From: Prasinococcaceae sp. CCMP 1430
Taxonomy: Eukaryota; Plantae; Prasinodermophyta
Assembly: GCA_013416795.1 (NCBI GenBank)
Contig: RQSC01000026.1
Coordinates: 1-64,000 of the forward strand
DNA: 64,000 nt
Direction of reading: 5' to 3'
The notes under the pieces were generated by a model that saw only the letters and a list, made by a program, of their open reading frames with translations, was not told the origin of the DNA and did not search any database. Each line of letters opens with the position of its first letter. The stretch's first letter is position 1. The translations under genes and the position numbers were made by a program. Below are positions 12,067 to 25,077 of this stretch, in pieces.

Positions 12067-12973
12067 NNNNNNNNNNNNNNNNNNNNNNNNNNNNNNNNNN
12101 NNNNNNNNNNNNNNNNNNNNNNNNNNNNNNNNNNNNNNNNNNNNNNNNNNNNNNNNNNNNNNNNNNNNNNNNNNNNNNNNNNNNNNNNNNNNNNNNNNNN
12201 NNNNNNNNNNNNNNNNNNNNNNNNNNNNNNNNNNNNNNNNNNNNNNNNNNNNNNNNNNNNNNNNNNNNNNNNNNNNNNNNNNNNNNNNNNNNNNNNNNNN
12301 NNNNNNNNNNNNNNNNNNNNNNNNNNNNNNNNNNNNNNNNNNNNNNNNNNNNNNNNNNNNNNNNNNNNNNNNNNNNNNNNNNNNNNNNNNNNNNNNNNNN
12401 NNNNNNNNNNNNNNNNNNNNNNNNNNNNNNNNNNNNNNNNNNNNNNNNNNNNNNNNNNNNNNNNNNNNNNNNNNNNNNNNNNNNNNNNNNNNNNNNNNNN
12501 NNNNNNNNNNNNNNNNNNNNNNNNNNNNNNNNNNNNNNNNNNNNNNNNNNNNNNNNNNNNNNNNNNNNNNNNNNNNNNNNNNNNNNNNNNNNNNNNNNNN
12601 NNNNNNNNNNNNNNNNNNNNNNNNNNNNNNNNNNNNNNNNNNNNNNNNNNNNNNNNNNNNNNNNNNNNNNNNNNNNNNNNNNNNNNNNNNNNNNNNNNNN
12701 NNNNNNNNNNNNNNNNNNNNNNNNNNNNNNNNNNNNNNNNNNNNNNNNNNNNNNNNNNNNNNNNNNNNNNNNNNNNNNNNNNNNNNNNNNNNNNNNNNNN
12801 NNNNNNNNNNNNNNNNNNNNNNNNNNNNNNNNNNNNNNNNNNNNNNNNNNNNNNNNNNNNNNNNNNNNNNNNNNNNNNNNNNNNNNNNNNNNNNNNNNNN
12901 NNNNNNNNNNNNNNNNNNNNNNNNNNNNNNNNNNNNNNNNNNNNNNNNNNNNNNNNNNNNNNNNNNNNNNNNN

Positions 12974-14300
<1,327 letters not shown>

Positions 14301-14380
14301 CCCACACACGCCCGGCACACACGCGCGCGCGCATGTTTTGGCACATCCCAAATCCCTCCCGTAAAGTCCTCCTTATTTGG

Positions 14381-14391
14381 GGTTAGGGTTT
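14381..14391 (-). promoter_or_regulatory. Telo-box-like motif (AAACCCTAACC) in an AT-rich intergenic segment, near a CACGTG
   Basis: ggttagggttt on the + strand. Function is inferred only from plant telo-boxes. Confidence 0.3.
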
Positions 14392-15085
14392 ACTTTGAAC
14401 GGCACGTGACATCACCCTTGATCTGTTCGGTGCGACCAACGCCTCGGGTTTTCCGGCCATCGCGCGGCGAAATCGCGACGACGGCGTCGAACGCGACGCG
14501 CGCCAAAAGTAACGGGATCGATCCGCGCGCGCGCGCGCGGCGCGCGCGCGGCGCGCGTGCGGTTTGATGGGGGTCGCTGCCCGCACACGCGCGCGCGCGC
14601 GCGCTGTCAGGACTGGCGGGGCTCGCTCGCCTCCACCCTCACCCTCCCCCCGGGCCGGGCCCCGGCCCATCGCATCCCTCCACCCCTGGGCCCTGCCGGC
14701 GACGCCACAGCGCGCGGGGGCGCTGGCTTGCAGGAGCTGTCACTGGCAGCAGCAGCAGGACTGGCAGCTGAGCCCCCGCGCCCCTCCCCCCTTCTCAAGC
14801 TCCGAGTCTCATCCCCGGGCGCTGCCACTGGCAGCGGTCGGGTGCCACGGCGCGCCTCGCAGCACGGGCGCAGGCGCTGTCAGGACTCGGGACCGACAAA
14901 CCTCTCCTCCCGCTTCCCCTTCCCCCCCCTCTCGTCTTCTCATCCGCCCTCCCAGCCCGCACGTCGCTCGTGGCCGCCGTGGGCGCGCCCGCGGCCCCAC
15001 CGCCCGCTGCGCCGTCAAGCGCACGGGGCGGGGCTTTCCGCATCCAGCCGCGTGCTGTCTCGCGCGCCGCCGTGCCGGTGGTGCC

Positions 15086-18000
15086 ATGCCCGAGGGCGCG
15101 GCGACCGCCGCCAGCGCTGGAGGCTCCAGCGCAACAGTGACGGCCACGGAGGCGTCGGCGACGGCGAAGGCCGCCGCCGCCAAGCCGTCTGGGTGGATCA
15201 GGAGCTATGGGTGCATGTTGACATTTCTGGAGCACGACGACGACTCGGAGTCGGCGGCGTGGCGCTTAGGCGCGAAGAGGAAGCGCGGCGAGGCTGACAG
15301 CGGCGGTACTGGCAGCGGGTGCGCCGACGAGGCGGCCGGCTGCCGGGGGAAGGGGAAAGCAGAGGGCGCGGAGCCCCCCCGCGCGATGCGGACCGGAGGC
15401 GACGGCGCTGCCTTCGCACTGCGCGGCCTGCACGGGGTCTTGAAGGAGCTCGAGCGCGTCGAACGGCCCATCTGGAACCGGCCTGACAAGCCCTCCCCAA
15501 TGTACGCGGTCAGCCCGCCCCGCCCGATTGAGGTCGACGCCGTCGCCTCGGCCATCCGGGAACCCCGTCGCTACGTGGGCTGGCAGAGGGCGCGCGCGAA
15601 CGACGCCACTGCCACCGAGGTGCGTGTCGTCGTCAGCATAAGTTAGAGGACGCGAATGCAAGCAATTCTAAGCCATGCGGAGGCCGCGTTCAATGCGCTC
15701 ATGCAGGCGCGTTGCTGACACATGCGCGCGAATGCGCACGCTTGCGACCAGCCCTACTACGCACCACCCCTTCCCTGGCGGCGGGCTCTTAGGAAGCGCG
15801 CACACCCCGTCACCGTGACTGCCGAGTCGCACGAGTGTGCGAACCCGGCAAAGAACAGGCCATCTCCAGCGCCGGCGAGTCGGCCTGGGGGCGCGGTGGC
15901 CGCGGCAAGCACCGGTGCGGCAGATCCTAGCGACGCCGTCGTCGAGGAACTCATGCGACGCACCGCCGATCCACTCCCCGTGGCCGCGGGCGAATGGCAA
16001 GGTGCTGAGCAGACGTCCCACGGGCCCTCCGCGCCGGCGCAAGATGACAGCGGTGGGCGATCGTCTTTGCCGATGGACTATGAGGTCAGTCGGGTCAAGA
16101 GCGTCACCGAGCCCGGGGGCCCGGCGGCCGCGGCAAGCACCGGCGCGGCAGACCATAGCGACGCCGTCGTCGAGGAACTCATGCGACGCACCGCCGATCC
16201 ACTCCCCATGGCCGCGGGCGAGTGGCAAGGTGCTGAGCAGACGTGCCACGGCCCCTCCGCGCCGGCGCAAGATGACAGCGATGGGCGATCGTCTTTGCCG
16301 ATGGACTATACAGTACTGTACTGCAAACAGTACTGTAAGGTCAGTCGGGTCGAGAGCGTCACCGAGCCCAAAAAGGGCACTCAGGTCTTCTCGGTCGAGC
16401 AGAAGGGCGGTGACGCGCCGACTCGCACCGCCAAGCCTCCTCCAGGAGGATCGGCGACGATTCGGGCGGCCCACACGCCAGCACAAGGCAAGGCAGCCGT
16501 TGGCAGTGGCAGTGCGCGGCCCGCGCGCGCCGACAACCCCGATCCGCTACCTACCTTCGCGGGTGAGCCGAAGTGGGACCCTCGGGGGGCACTCCCATAT
16601 GACATGAGGTCATATGAGGTAGATACCCTCCCTACCTGGCCATATGGCGGCGAGAAAATGGACACCGCCACCGACGCTCTTTACGAAGCGCCGGAGCAAG
16701 TCATCGAGGAAGTTGCTCTGTGGGAGTGTCGAGAGGGGAGCGGTGAGGGTTTGCCGCACTTTCTAGCTCTGCTGTCTCACCCAAAGGCTGCCGCCGAGTT
16801 GCGCCGCTCTCTGTCGGCGGATGAATACTCTTCACGGGCGGGCGTCATCCGGCGCTCCATAGACACCATAGCCGCATCTGCCACGCAGCTAATAGTGTCC
16901 TTGGCGGGCACTCGCAGGAGCCTCTTATTGGAGGAGCTTGCCTTCTGGGTGTTCGACCGCGTGATGCCGCACGTGGAAGCTGCTTTGATCCTCGACTACT
17001 ACAGTCGTAATTGGGTGCGAGTGGACAGCTGGCAAAGCATTGCTCTACTGGCGGCTTCGGTTTGTTTCCACGTGGCTGAGAAGTGGGAAGAGCGCCCCGT
17101 GCGCCCCATTTCGCATAGTTTGATGTCGAACTGGGATTCCGTCATCTCGAACGGATCTTTCGTCAAAATGGAGCTGGCGGTTCTGGGCATCGTCGACTGG
17201 AAAATGCCGCAGGCTGCTCCCATCGACGCCCTCGCCAAGGCCATGCTAGTCGCGACGAAGGCGATCCGTCCCGGCCGTGTCCGCGGGGATCGCAAGTCCA
17301 CCGCGACCGATTCTGACTCGCTGCTGAACTGCGTGCTCGATTGCGGGCACACGCTCGTGCGCCTTCGCACCGCTCGGCGGATGCGGCCAAGCCTGCGCGT
17401 GGCCGGAGCGGTCGTCGCGGTGATCGCCTTGTACGCCGGCCGATCGTCCGAGTTGGCAAGAGGAGCCGCTTTAGTAGCGTCCAAGGGCACAGGAGCGGCG
17501 GCGAAGGCGCGTGTGCTGCTCCGCCGGCTCGTTCGAGCCGAGGAATGGGAGATGGATGCGGCGGAGGTCCAAGCGTCGGCAGTGATTTCGGTCCGCGCGA
17601 GCGCCGCTGGCGCACACACCGCCACGGTGCGCTGCGCACTGGACGAGGCATCCCACTTCGCGTTCTGCAATGACCAATGCGACGACACGGGCGGGAGCGC
17701 GAGCAAGAGCAGAATGGCTGATACGGCGCCGGAAGCAGCTGAAGTGGCTGGCGCGTCGGCGCCACAGGCGGAGACCAGCCTGAAGACCTCGCCCGCTGAG
17801 GAGCTCGCCGCCATTACCAACGAAGCCCGCGAGCGCCTCGCGGCGCTCGGGCTAGGAATGAATACCAGCGACAAGCCAGGGCGGTCGGTGCCGCCAGCGG
17901 ACGCTGGCGCGGCAAGAGAGGGCGCGAGGCAGGGAGGCCACGCGTCGGAGCCTGGCATTGGCGTCACAGGCAGCGCTGCCAGTGGCGGCGTGCTCACCAA

Positions 18001-18214
18001 GACAGCCGGCAGTGTCGGAGCCGCTGGCAAGGGCGGCGGCGCGCACAACATTGTGAGCCACAGTGACCTTCAGGCGCGCCCGCCCGCCACAAAGTTGGCG
18101 GTGCAGTGGCTCGCGCGGCGGCTCGCGCGGGCGTGCTGTTGCGGCGACTCGCCGGGCAGCGCGAGCGACGACGAGGATGAGTTGGCCACTAAGAAAGCGA
18201 AGGGCGCATACTAG
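15086..18214 (+). CDS. ~1000-aa protein with a divergent cyclin-box-like domain (exons 15086-15619, 15752-18214)
   Basis: GAG|GTGCGT donor, CTGAC branch point and CAG acceptor join ORFs 14564..15646 and 15722..18214 in frame. IALLAASVCFHVAEKWEERP and FVKMELAVLGIVDWKM resemble cyclin helices 3 and 5. Confidence 0.6.
15898..16369 (+). repeat. Intragenic tandem duplication, period 228 nt (76 aa)
   Basis: Near-identical copies start at 15898 and 16126. The second copy carries a 27-nt insert. Confidence 0.95.
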
Positions 18215-18886
18215 CGGCATATATGTGCTGGTGCTGCCCGTGCTCATGGTGACGACACGGACGACGGAGCGAGCCGAGGAGGGCACTCGCCCATTCACCA
18301 CCATCGTGACACCAACGACGGAACGTATACCAACCAACCAGCGGACCAAGTACGAATGATGTGCCCGTGCCCGTGCCGACGTATAAACGGACCGACGTCC
18401 AACCACCCCACCGTCCCAACGGCGTGCCTTCCATGCCGACGACTGACGTACCACTACTACTACTGTTACCACGTGCCGAGGGTGCGGCTGTGCAGCGGCA
18501 CGCGACTCGTGGCGCAAGCCTACTGGCAGCGCTGTGGCGCGCCGCATGCAGGCAGAGTAAAATGCGCACCGCAGCGGCGTTGTCATCGCTACAGCACCGC
18601 GCGACGAGCGCGCGCGCGCGCCGCCGTGTCGCAGAGCCCCCCCGACCGGCCGCCACGGGCGTCCACGGCGCTCGGTCAGGGGCACTCACGGCAGGGCTAC
18701 GGTCCGTCGCACCGTCATACCGCAGGGAATACTACGGATTCAGGTTAGGGTTGTATTTGGGGTTGGATGTAAGTAGGTTTTGATACCGCGGGCAGCGTAA
18801 CGGGTGCGCCCGGCGGCGCCGCCCGCGGCAGACGGCGGGCACGGACTTCCGCACGATTCGCGCTATGCCTCGGCAAGCGGCGGCTC

Positions 18887-20045
18887 ATGACGGAGCTCGC
18901 CGCCGAGGCCGACGCGCGGGCCGCGGACACCGGGGCGGCGACGCTGTCGTCGCAGGCGTTCAACCGCGTGCTCGCGTGCCCCGCGTGCGGCAAGAAGTGC
19001 GCCGTGTCGATGACGACGTGCAACGGCTGCGGCGCGCCGCTCGACGGCGTCGCCGAGTCCAAAACCGAGAACCTCTTCGTCGGGTTCGCGCTGGGGGCGG
19101 GCGCGGCGGCGTTCGGGCCTCTGACCATGTCGCTGAGGCGCGAGAGCGAGGATGCACTCGTGTTCGACGATCCGTTAGCGCTCTCGAGATGCCACGTGCT
19201 GGCGGTGCCGACGCGCGCGTACGTGTCCGACGTGCGCGGGCTCTTCGTCACGCCGGCGGACGGCCTCGCGATGCTCAGGGCGCTCGAGGCCGAGGCGTGG
19301 GCGGCGGTGCGCGACCGCGCAATCAGGTGAGACGCGCGCCGCCCTGCGGCGCTCCGCCCCGTCCCAGCCGACCGCGCTGACACGCGACCGCCTCTTTCCC
19401 AGCGACACCGCCTTCCGCGATCGCGCGCTGTCCGCGGCGGGGCGCGCGCTCGACGAGGACGGCCTGCGGGCGCGCGTCGTCGCGGGCTTCAACTTGCCGC
19501 CCTCGCAGTACCAGTTGCACCTGCAGTACATCCTGCCGCCGCTGCTGCCGTCTCACCTCGTGCTGCTGCGCAAAGGCGTGCACTTCCAGGCGGGGCGTTT
19601 CGTGCCGCTCGGGTACGCGCTCAAGGCGCTCGAGGCGCTTGCCACGAGCCCGGCCGCCCAGGCGCTCGAGGGAGCATCGGACATGAGCGCAGGCGCGTTC
19701 TTCGCCGCTGTGGAGGCAGCCACTGGTGTGTCATACGAAGTGGAGCACGCTCGTGCCCTGGAGCGGGCGGTGGCGGCCAACGCCGAGCTTGCCGCGTACG
19801 AGACGGCCGACTTCACGCTGGCCGTGCGCGGCGCAGAGGTGCGCGCGCTCGGCGGCGCGGGCGCGGACTGCGGTGAGCTGCCGAGCGCTGCGAGCGTCGT
19901 GCGGGCCGACACGAAGCTCCTGCAGGGGTATGGGCGCGCGCCGTCCGGCATGCGCTACTACAGCCACGCGCGCCCGCTCGGCCCCCTGCCGATGCTCGGC
20001 ACCAGGGCGCCGAGGGCGGAGGAGGCGCTCCCACACGCTGCATAG
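18887..20045 (+). CDS. Zn-ribbon plus HIT-like (aprataxin/DcpS-like) fold protein (exons 18887-19326, 19403-20045)
   Basis: CPAC...CNGC, then LVFDDPLALSRCHVLAVP and GFNLPPSQYQLHLQYI. GTGAGA donor and CCCAG acceptor in frame. TGTAA lies 7 nt after the stop. Confidence 0.65.
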
Positions 20046-20051
20046 CCGCCT

Positions 20052-20056
20052 TGTAA
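20052..20056 (+). terminator. TGTAA chlorophyte-type polyadenylation signal (representative)
   Basis: Also at 27518, 55577 and 61917 (+), and as TTACA at 9169, 20091, 52055 and 55721 (-). Each lies 3' of a gene on the matching strand. Confidence 0.65.
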
Positions 20057-20265
20057 CTCTAGGAAACACACACACACATACACGTGTCCTTTACACAATC
20101 GTGCGTCCACGCACCGCCGCGCCGGCGGCGCGTGCGTCGCCGGGGAGTCGCACGAGCGGCGCCCACCGGCGACACGACGCCAACAAAAAATCGCGCAAAA
20201 CTTCGCAGCGCGGCTGCCGACGCAGCCGGCTATTATGTATCGCACGCCCTGGCCCGCGGTCCGCG

Positions 20266-21692
20266 TCATTGGCCCTCGCGCCCTGGCGCCGGAGCGTCCT
20301 CGAGCTTCGAGGGCGTCCGTGTCTTCTCCGCGGCCTTGAGCATCTCGTTGGCAAGCCACTCGGCGCCCTCGGCCTCGCCGGGCTCTGCCGGTCGGGCGGG
20401 GGTCGGGCGCTGTCCGAGTCCCGGCCCCTCCACCCGCTCCTGTTGCTCCTGCGCCACCGTCGACTGCTTCGTCGACACCGGTGCCATGTACGACACCAGC
20501 ATCTTCTGGGCCTTCGGGTTGCGCAGCTTTCGCAGCGCCTTGAGCTCGATCTGCCGGATTCGCTCGCGCGTGACGCCGTAGGCCGCGGATATCTCCACCA
20601 GCGACAGCGAGCGGCCGTCGTGCGAGTCGAGCCCGTAGCGCATGCGAAGCACATTGCGCTCGCGAGGCTCGAGGAGCAGCAGAATGTCCTTGAGCGCCAG
20701 CCGGATGTCCTCCGAGATGGGGTGCCGGGCCTCGCCATCGTCGTCGAGGTCCTCGACGCCGAGGCCCTCGCCGCCCGTCGCCTGCAAGAGCAGCTCGTCG
20801 GCGAGCGCATTGGAGCTCATCGGCGTCCCGCTGGAATTGTTGGCCGTCTCGAGCGTCTGGTCGAGGCTCACCAGGTCCCTGCTGGCGCGCAGAAGGTCCT
20901 CGACCTTTTGCACGGACATGCCCACGCGCTTCGCGATGGCCTCCACCGGCGGATCGCCCGAGTTGACGTCGCCCTCGCGCATGAGCTCGGCGCGCGCCTT
21001 CTTGATGCGCGCCACCTGCTCGTACACGTGCGAGGGCAGGCGCACGGTGCGACTCTGGTTTGCGATGGCCCTGCTGATGCCCTGGCGGATCCACCACGTG
21101 ACGTACGTGCTCAGGCGGTAGCCCTTGTCCCACTGGAACTTGTCGATGCCGTAGATGAGGCCGACGGTGCCGGCGTGCACCAGCTCGGTGATGGGCAGCC
21201 CCATCTTCTTGTAGCGCCCCGCGATGCTCAGCACCAGCCGCATGTTGGCCTCCACCATGCACAGGCGCGCCGCCTTTCCCTCGCGCGCCGCGCGCCGGAG
21301 CACGTCGGGCGACTCGTATCCGAGCTGGGCGGCGAGCTCCGCGACTGACGGCTGGCGGCCGAGCTCGCGCTGCATGGAACGCCGCTCGCGGCTGATGAGC
21401 ACGTACTGTCGCGCGCTCTTGGCGAACTCGAGCTCGTCCGCGGCGGTGAGCAGCGGCACGTCCGAGAGCGACTCGACGAGCCCGCTGAGCATGTTGCCCT
21501 CGCCGAACGACGTTCGCGTCCGACGCTCGATCGGCGCGACGCCGTCGCTCTCCGCGCCGTCGCCCTGGCTCGTCCTGCCGCGCGTGCGGGCGCCGCCCAC
21601 GCCGAGCCTCCGCGCGCGCGCGCGCCTCTCGCGCGGCGCCTGCGCCAGCGCCTTGCCCCGTTTCGAGCCCGCCTGCAGCGAGCTCGCCGCCA
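20266..21692 (-). CDS. SIG1: Nuclear-encoded plastid RNA polymerase sigma-70 factor, N-terminus in gap
   Basis: Region 2: ANMRLVLSIAGRY, GLIYGIDKFQWDKGYRLSTYVTWWIRQGI, RTVRLP. Region 4: LEPRERNVLRMRYGL...SLVEISAAYGVTRERIRQIELKALRKLR. Confidence 0.93.
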
Positions 21693-23146
21693 NNNNNNNN
21701 NNNNNNNNNNNNNNNNNNNNNNNNNNNNNNNNNNNNNNNNNNNNNNNNNNNNNNNNNNNNNNNNNNNNNNNNNNNNNNNNNNNNNNNNNNNNNNNNNNNN
21801 NNNNNNNNNNNNNNNNNNNNNNNNNNNNNNNNNNNNNNNNNNNNNNNNNNNNNNNNNNNNNNNNNNNNNNNNNNNNNNNNNNNNNNNNNNNNNNNNNNNN
21901 NNNNNNNNNNNNNNNNNNNNNNNNNNNNNNNNNNNNNNNNNNNNNNNNNNNNNNNNNNNNNNNNNNNNNNNNNNNNNNNNNNNNNNNNNNNNNNNNNNNN
22001 NNNNNNNNNNNNNNNNNNNNNNNNNNNNNNNNNNNNNNNNNNNNNNNNNNNNNNNNNNNNNNNNNNNNNNNNNNNNNNNNNNNNNNNNNNNNNNNNNNNN
22101 NNNNNNNNNNNNNNNNNNNNNNNNNNNNNNNNNNNNNNNNNNNNNNNNNNNNNNNNNNNNNNNNNNNNNNNNNNNNNNNNNNNNNNNNNNNNNNNNNNNN
22201 NNNNNNNNNNNNNNNNNNNNNNNNNNNNNNNNNNNNNNNNNNNNNNNNNNNNNNNNNNNNNNNNNNNNNNNNNNNNNNNNNNNNNNNNNNNNNNNNNNNN
22301 NNNNNNNNNNNNNNNNNNNNNNNNNNNNNNNNNNNNNNNNNNNNNNNNNNNNNNNNNNNNNNNNNNNNNNNNNNNNNNNNNNNNNNNNNNNNNNNNNNNN
22401 NNNNNNNNNNNNNNNNNNNNNNNNNNNNNNNNNNNNNNNNNNNNNNNNNNNNNNNNNNNNNNNNNNNNNNNNNNNNNNNNNCGCGCCAGCACCGCGCGGC
22501 CGCGCGACGCTCCCCGCGCGGGTAAAAAAAAAAAAAAGCACCACCAAAATTAGGGTCTCTTCCAAAGAGGGTCCACGTTCAGGTCCTTCGAGGTTCGTTC
22601 TCATGCATCCGTGCGCGGCCTCCACGAGCGGCGAGGTTCAGTTTTTTTTTTTTTTTTTTCGGGCCGCGTCGCGCGCGCGCGCACCTCGCCCGATCTGCCG
22701 CGCCCGGGCCCGGCGGGGAAAAAAAAAAAAAACGCCGGGGGCGGAGCATTGGAATTAAAACATCGCGCCCGAAAACGAATCCCAGAAACGGATCCGAATT
22801 CCGCCGTCGCGCGGAACGGGGGACGGGAACGCGAACGCGACCCCCAAAAACAGCGGGGACGAAAATGGGCGCTTTTTTTAGTTGGCGAAGAGAGCGCGCG
22901 AAACGCGAACAAAATCCGTCGCGCGGCCGAGGGCAACCTGCGACGTTTGACCTGCATACACACACACAGTAGTCGCAGACAGTCACAGTCACACCCACAT
23001 AAAAACACAGTCACACAAAAAAACACAAAAAAAAACAAAAAAAAAAAAAACACCAAGAGAGTCGTAAGTTGGCAGTGCTTACGTATTAATGTGTAGTGAC
23101 TACAGTATTTTTTATTTTTTATTTTTTATTTTTTTTATTTTTTCGT

Positions 23147-23335
23147 GCCTGCCTGTCTGCCTGTCTGTCTGCCTGTCTGTCTGTCTGCCTGCCGGGCTCT
23201 CGCCCGCCCCCGGCCGGATGAACCTCCCGCACAAGTCCCTCCGCTCGCCCCTTCCTTCCCCCCGCGCGGCGCGCCTCGGCTCGGATCGCCGAGCCGATGA
23301 CTGAGGCTGAGGCTGAGGCTGAGGCTGAGGCTGAG
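23147..23335. repeat. (CTGT)n/(CCTG)n tetramer and (CTGAGG)n hexamer microsatellites
   Basis: Seen directly at ~23147-23190 and ~23300-23335. Confidence 0.85.
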
Positions 23336-24469
23336 CTGCCCGGCCCACCGACCGCCTCCGTCCCCCCCTGCCTCGGATTCGCGGCTCGCCTGCACGCGCG
23401 GGGATCCCTCCGCCTCCGTCCCGGCTGGCCGGCCGGAGATACACCGGGAACCTCGCACCGCCGGCCTGCCATCCCAGCCAGGCCCCTGCCCGACACCAGA
23501 GCACAATAACGGTATAAAATTCAGGGTTTACAAGTAATGTCATGGTATTTTGGAATGTTCGGAGGTCGGAGGTATGGGTTTGCGGCGTCGCGGCGGGAGG
23601 CGGCGCCGGCCGGCGCCGTTTTTTTTTTTTTTTTTTTTTTTGGCGGCGGCGGCGCGCGGTGCAGCGGATAGCGCTCTGCGCTGGGCGCGCGCGCGCCGCA
23701 CTTGCTGCGTGCGTGTGCGTGTTGTGTGTGTGTGTGTTGAGGGGGGGGGGGGAGCGCAGGCGCAGACGCGAGTGGGTGAGTGGGGCCGTTGGCGTGTTGG
23801 TGCGCTCGCTCGCTCCGTGCCTGCCTGCGTGTGCGTGCGCGCGGCGTGGTCGGGGGCTGCGTTTGACTGCTCGCGCTCGCTGGCGCGAGCGCGCGCGCCC
23901 GGCCCGTGCACGTACGCGCGCACCTGCAGCCTCTCTGCCTGTCGCTGTCGCGGTGCCGGTGCGCGTGCGTGCAGCATATGCCTGCAGCGCGCGTTTGCGC
24001 GCCAAAACGTCCCTGCACGCCCCCCCCGTCCCGTCCACAGCCCCCCCCCCCCCTCCTCTGTGTGGTGTGCGTGCGCGCGCGCGCGACGCCGGCCGCGAGC
24101 GGTTATCGCCGCGCGCCGATCGCATGCGTTTTGCCCTGCGGGGTTTTGCGGCCCACGCGCGCGCGCGCGCGCGGCGCCGAAACCATGCCTTTTTTTCCCG
24201 CGCGCGCGCTTCGCGGCGCGCGGCCCGCCCTCCGGAAACTCCCGCGGCGGAAGGCCCAATACGCCCCGGAACATCCGTCGATTATCCCCCCGCGTTCAAC
24301 TCCGATCGCACGCAAAAATCGAAACGGCGGATGGGAATACGATGCGGATGTGGCGCGACGGAAGGCGGGGGGAAAATGAGCGGGGTTTCGGCGGGTGCGA
24401 ACGTGGGGTCGCGGGAAGAGCGCGCGCGCGCGCGTGTGTGTAGCGCGCGCGGTGCAGAGTGCGAGTGCG

Positions 24470-24521
<52 letters not shown>

Positions 24522-24522
24522 N

Positions 24523-25020
24523 GAGCGCGCTTGTCCGCGCCGCGCTGGATGGATATCAGGTGACGGTCTTCGCTTTCGGACAGACAGGCGCAGCCAAGAC
24601 CTACACCATTTCCGGGCCCGTGGAGCGCAAAGGCCGGCTGCACAGCGACGACTCGATCGGGCTCGTCGCGCGCGCACTGCGCGAGACGTACAGCGAGATG
24701 CGTCGCGAGGAGGGGAAGGGAAGGGTGCGCTTCTCGCCGCGCGCGACCTTCTCAGAGATCTACAACGAGGAGTGCACAGACCTGCTGGCGCGCGAAAGAA
24801 GGAAGGGCCAGCGCCTGGCGATGCGCCACCATCCGCACCATGGTTTCTACCTGGAGGGCCTGACGGAGGTCGAGTGCCACGACGAGCGCGAGGCGATCAA
24901 CGTCCACGAGACTGGGCTCGCGAAGCGGCGGACGGGCAGCCATTTGCTGAACGCGACGTCCACGCGCTCGCACTGCCTCCTCACGCTGCACCTCGACGCT
25001 GCACCGACTGAGGGCAACGC
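24523..25020 (+). pseudogene. Kinesin motor-domain fragment (P-loop to switch I), truncated before switch II
   Basis: DGYQVTVFAFGQTGAAKTYT, FSEIYNE, GFYLEGL, HLLNATSTRSHCLLTL. No DLAGSE motif follows and the sequence runs directly into SBE. Could be an assembly chimera rather than a pseudogene. Confidence 0.7.
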
Positions 25021-25077
25021 TCGCGACGCGCGGCGGCGCCCGTCGCCGCCCCGGTCGCGCCCGGCGTGGCGCCCGGC

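Noticed and set aside
18745-18760. Scattered TTAGGG-like words (also ~9984, ~22549, ~28760) as interstitial telomere arrays
   Set aside because: Only single units, with no tandem array. At most promoter telo-boxes.
22545-22660. Short segment with GGTTCG followed by a T-run, as a possible tRNA or Pol III gene
   Set aside because: No cloverleaf, no proper A box or TTCGAATC arm, and no CCA-stem pairing could be built.
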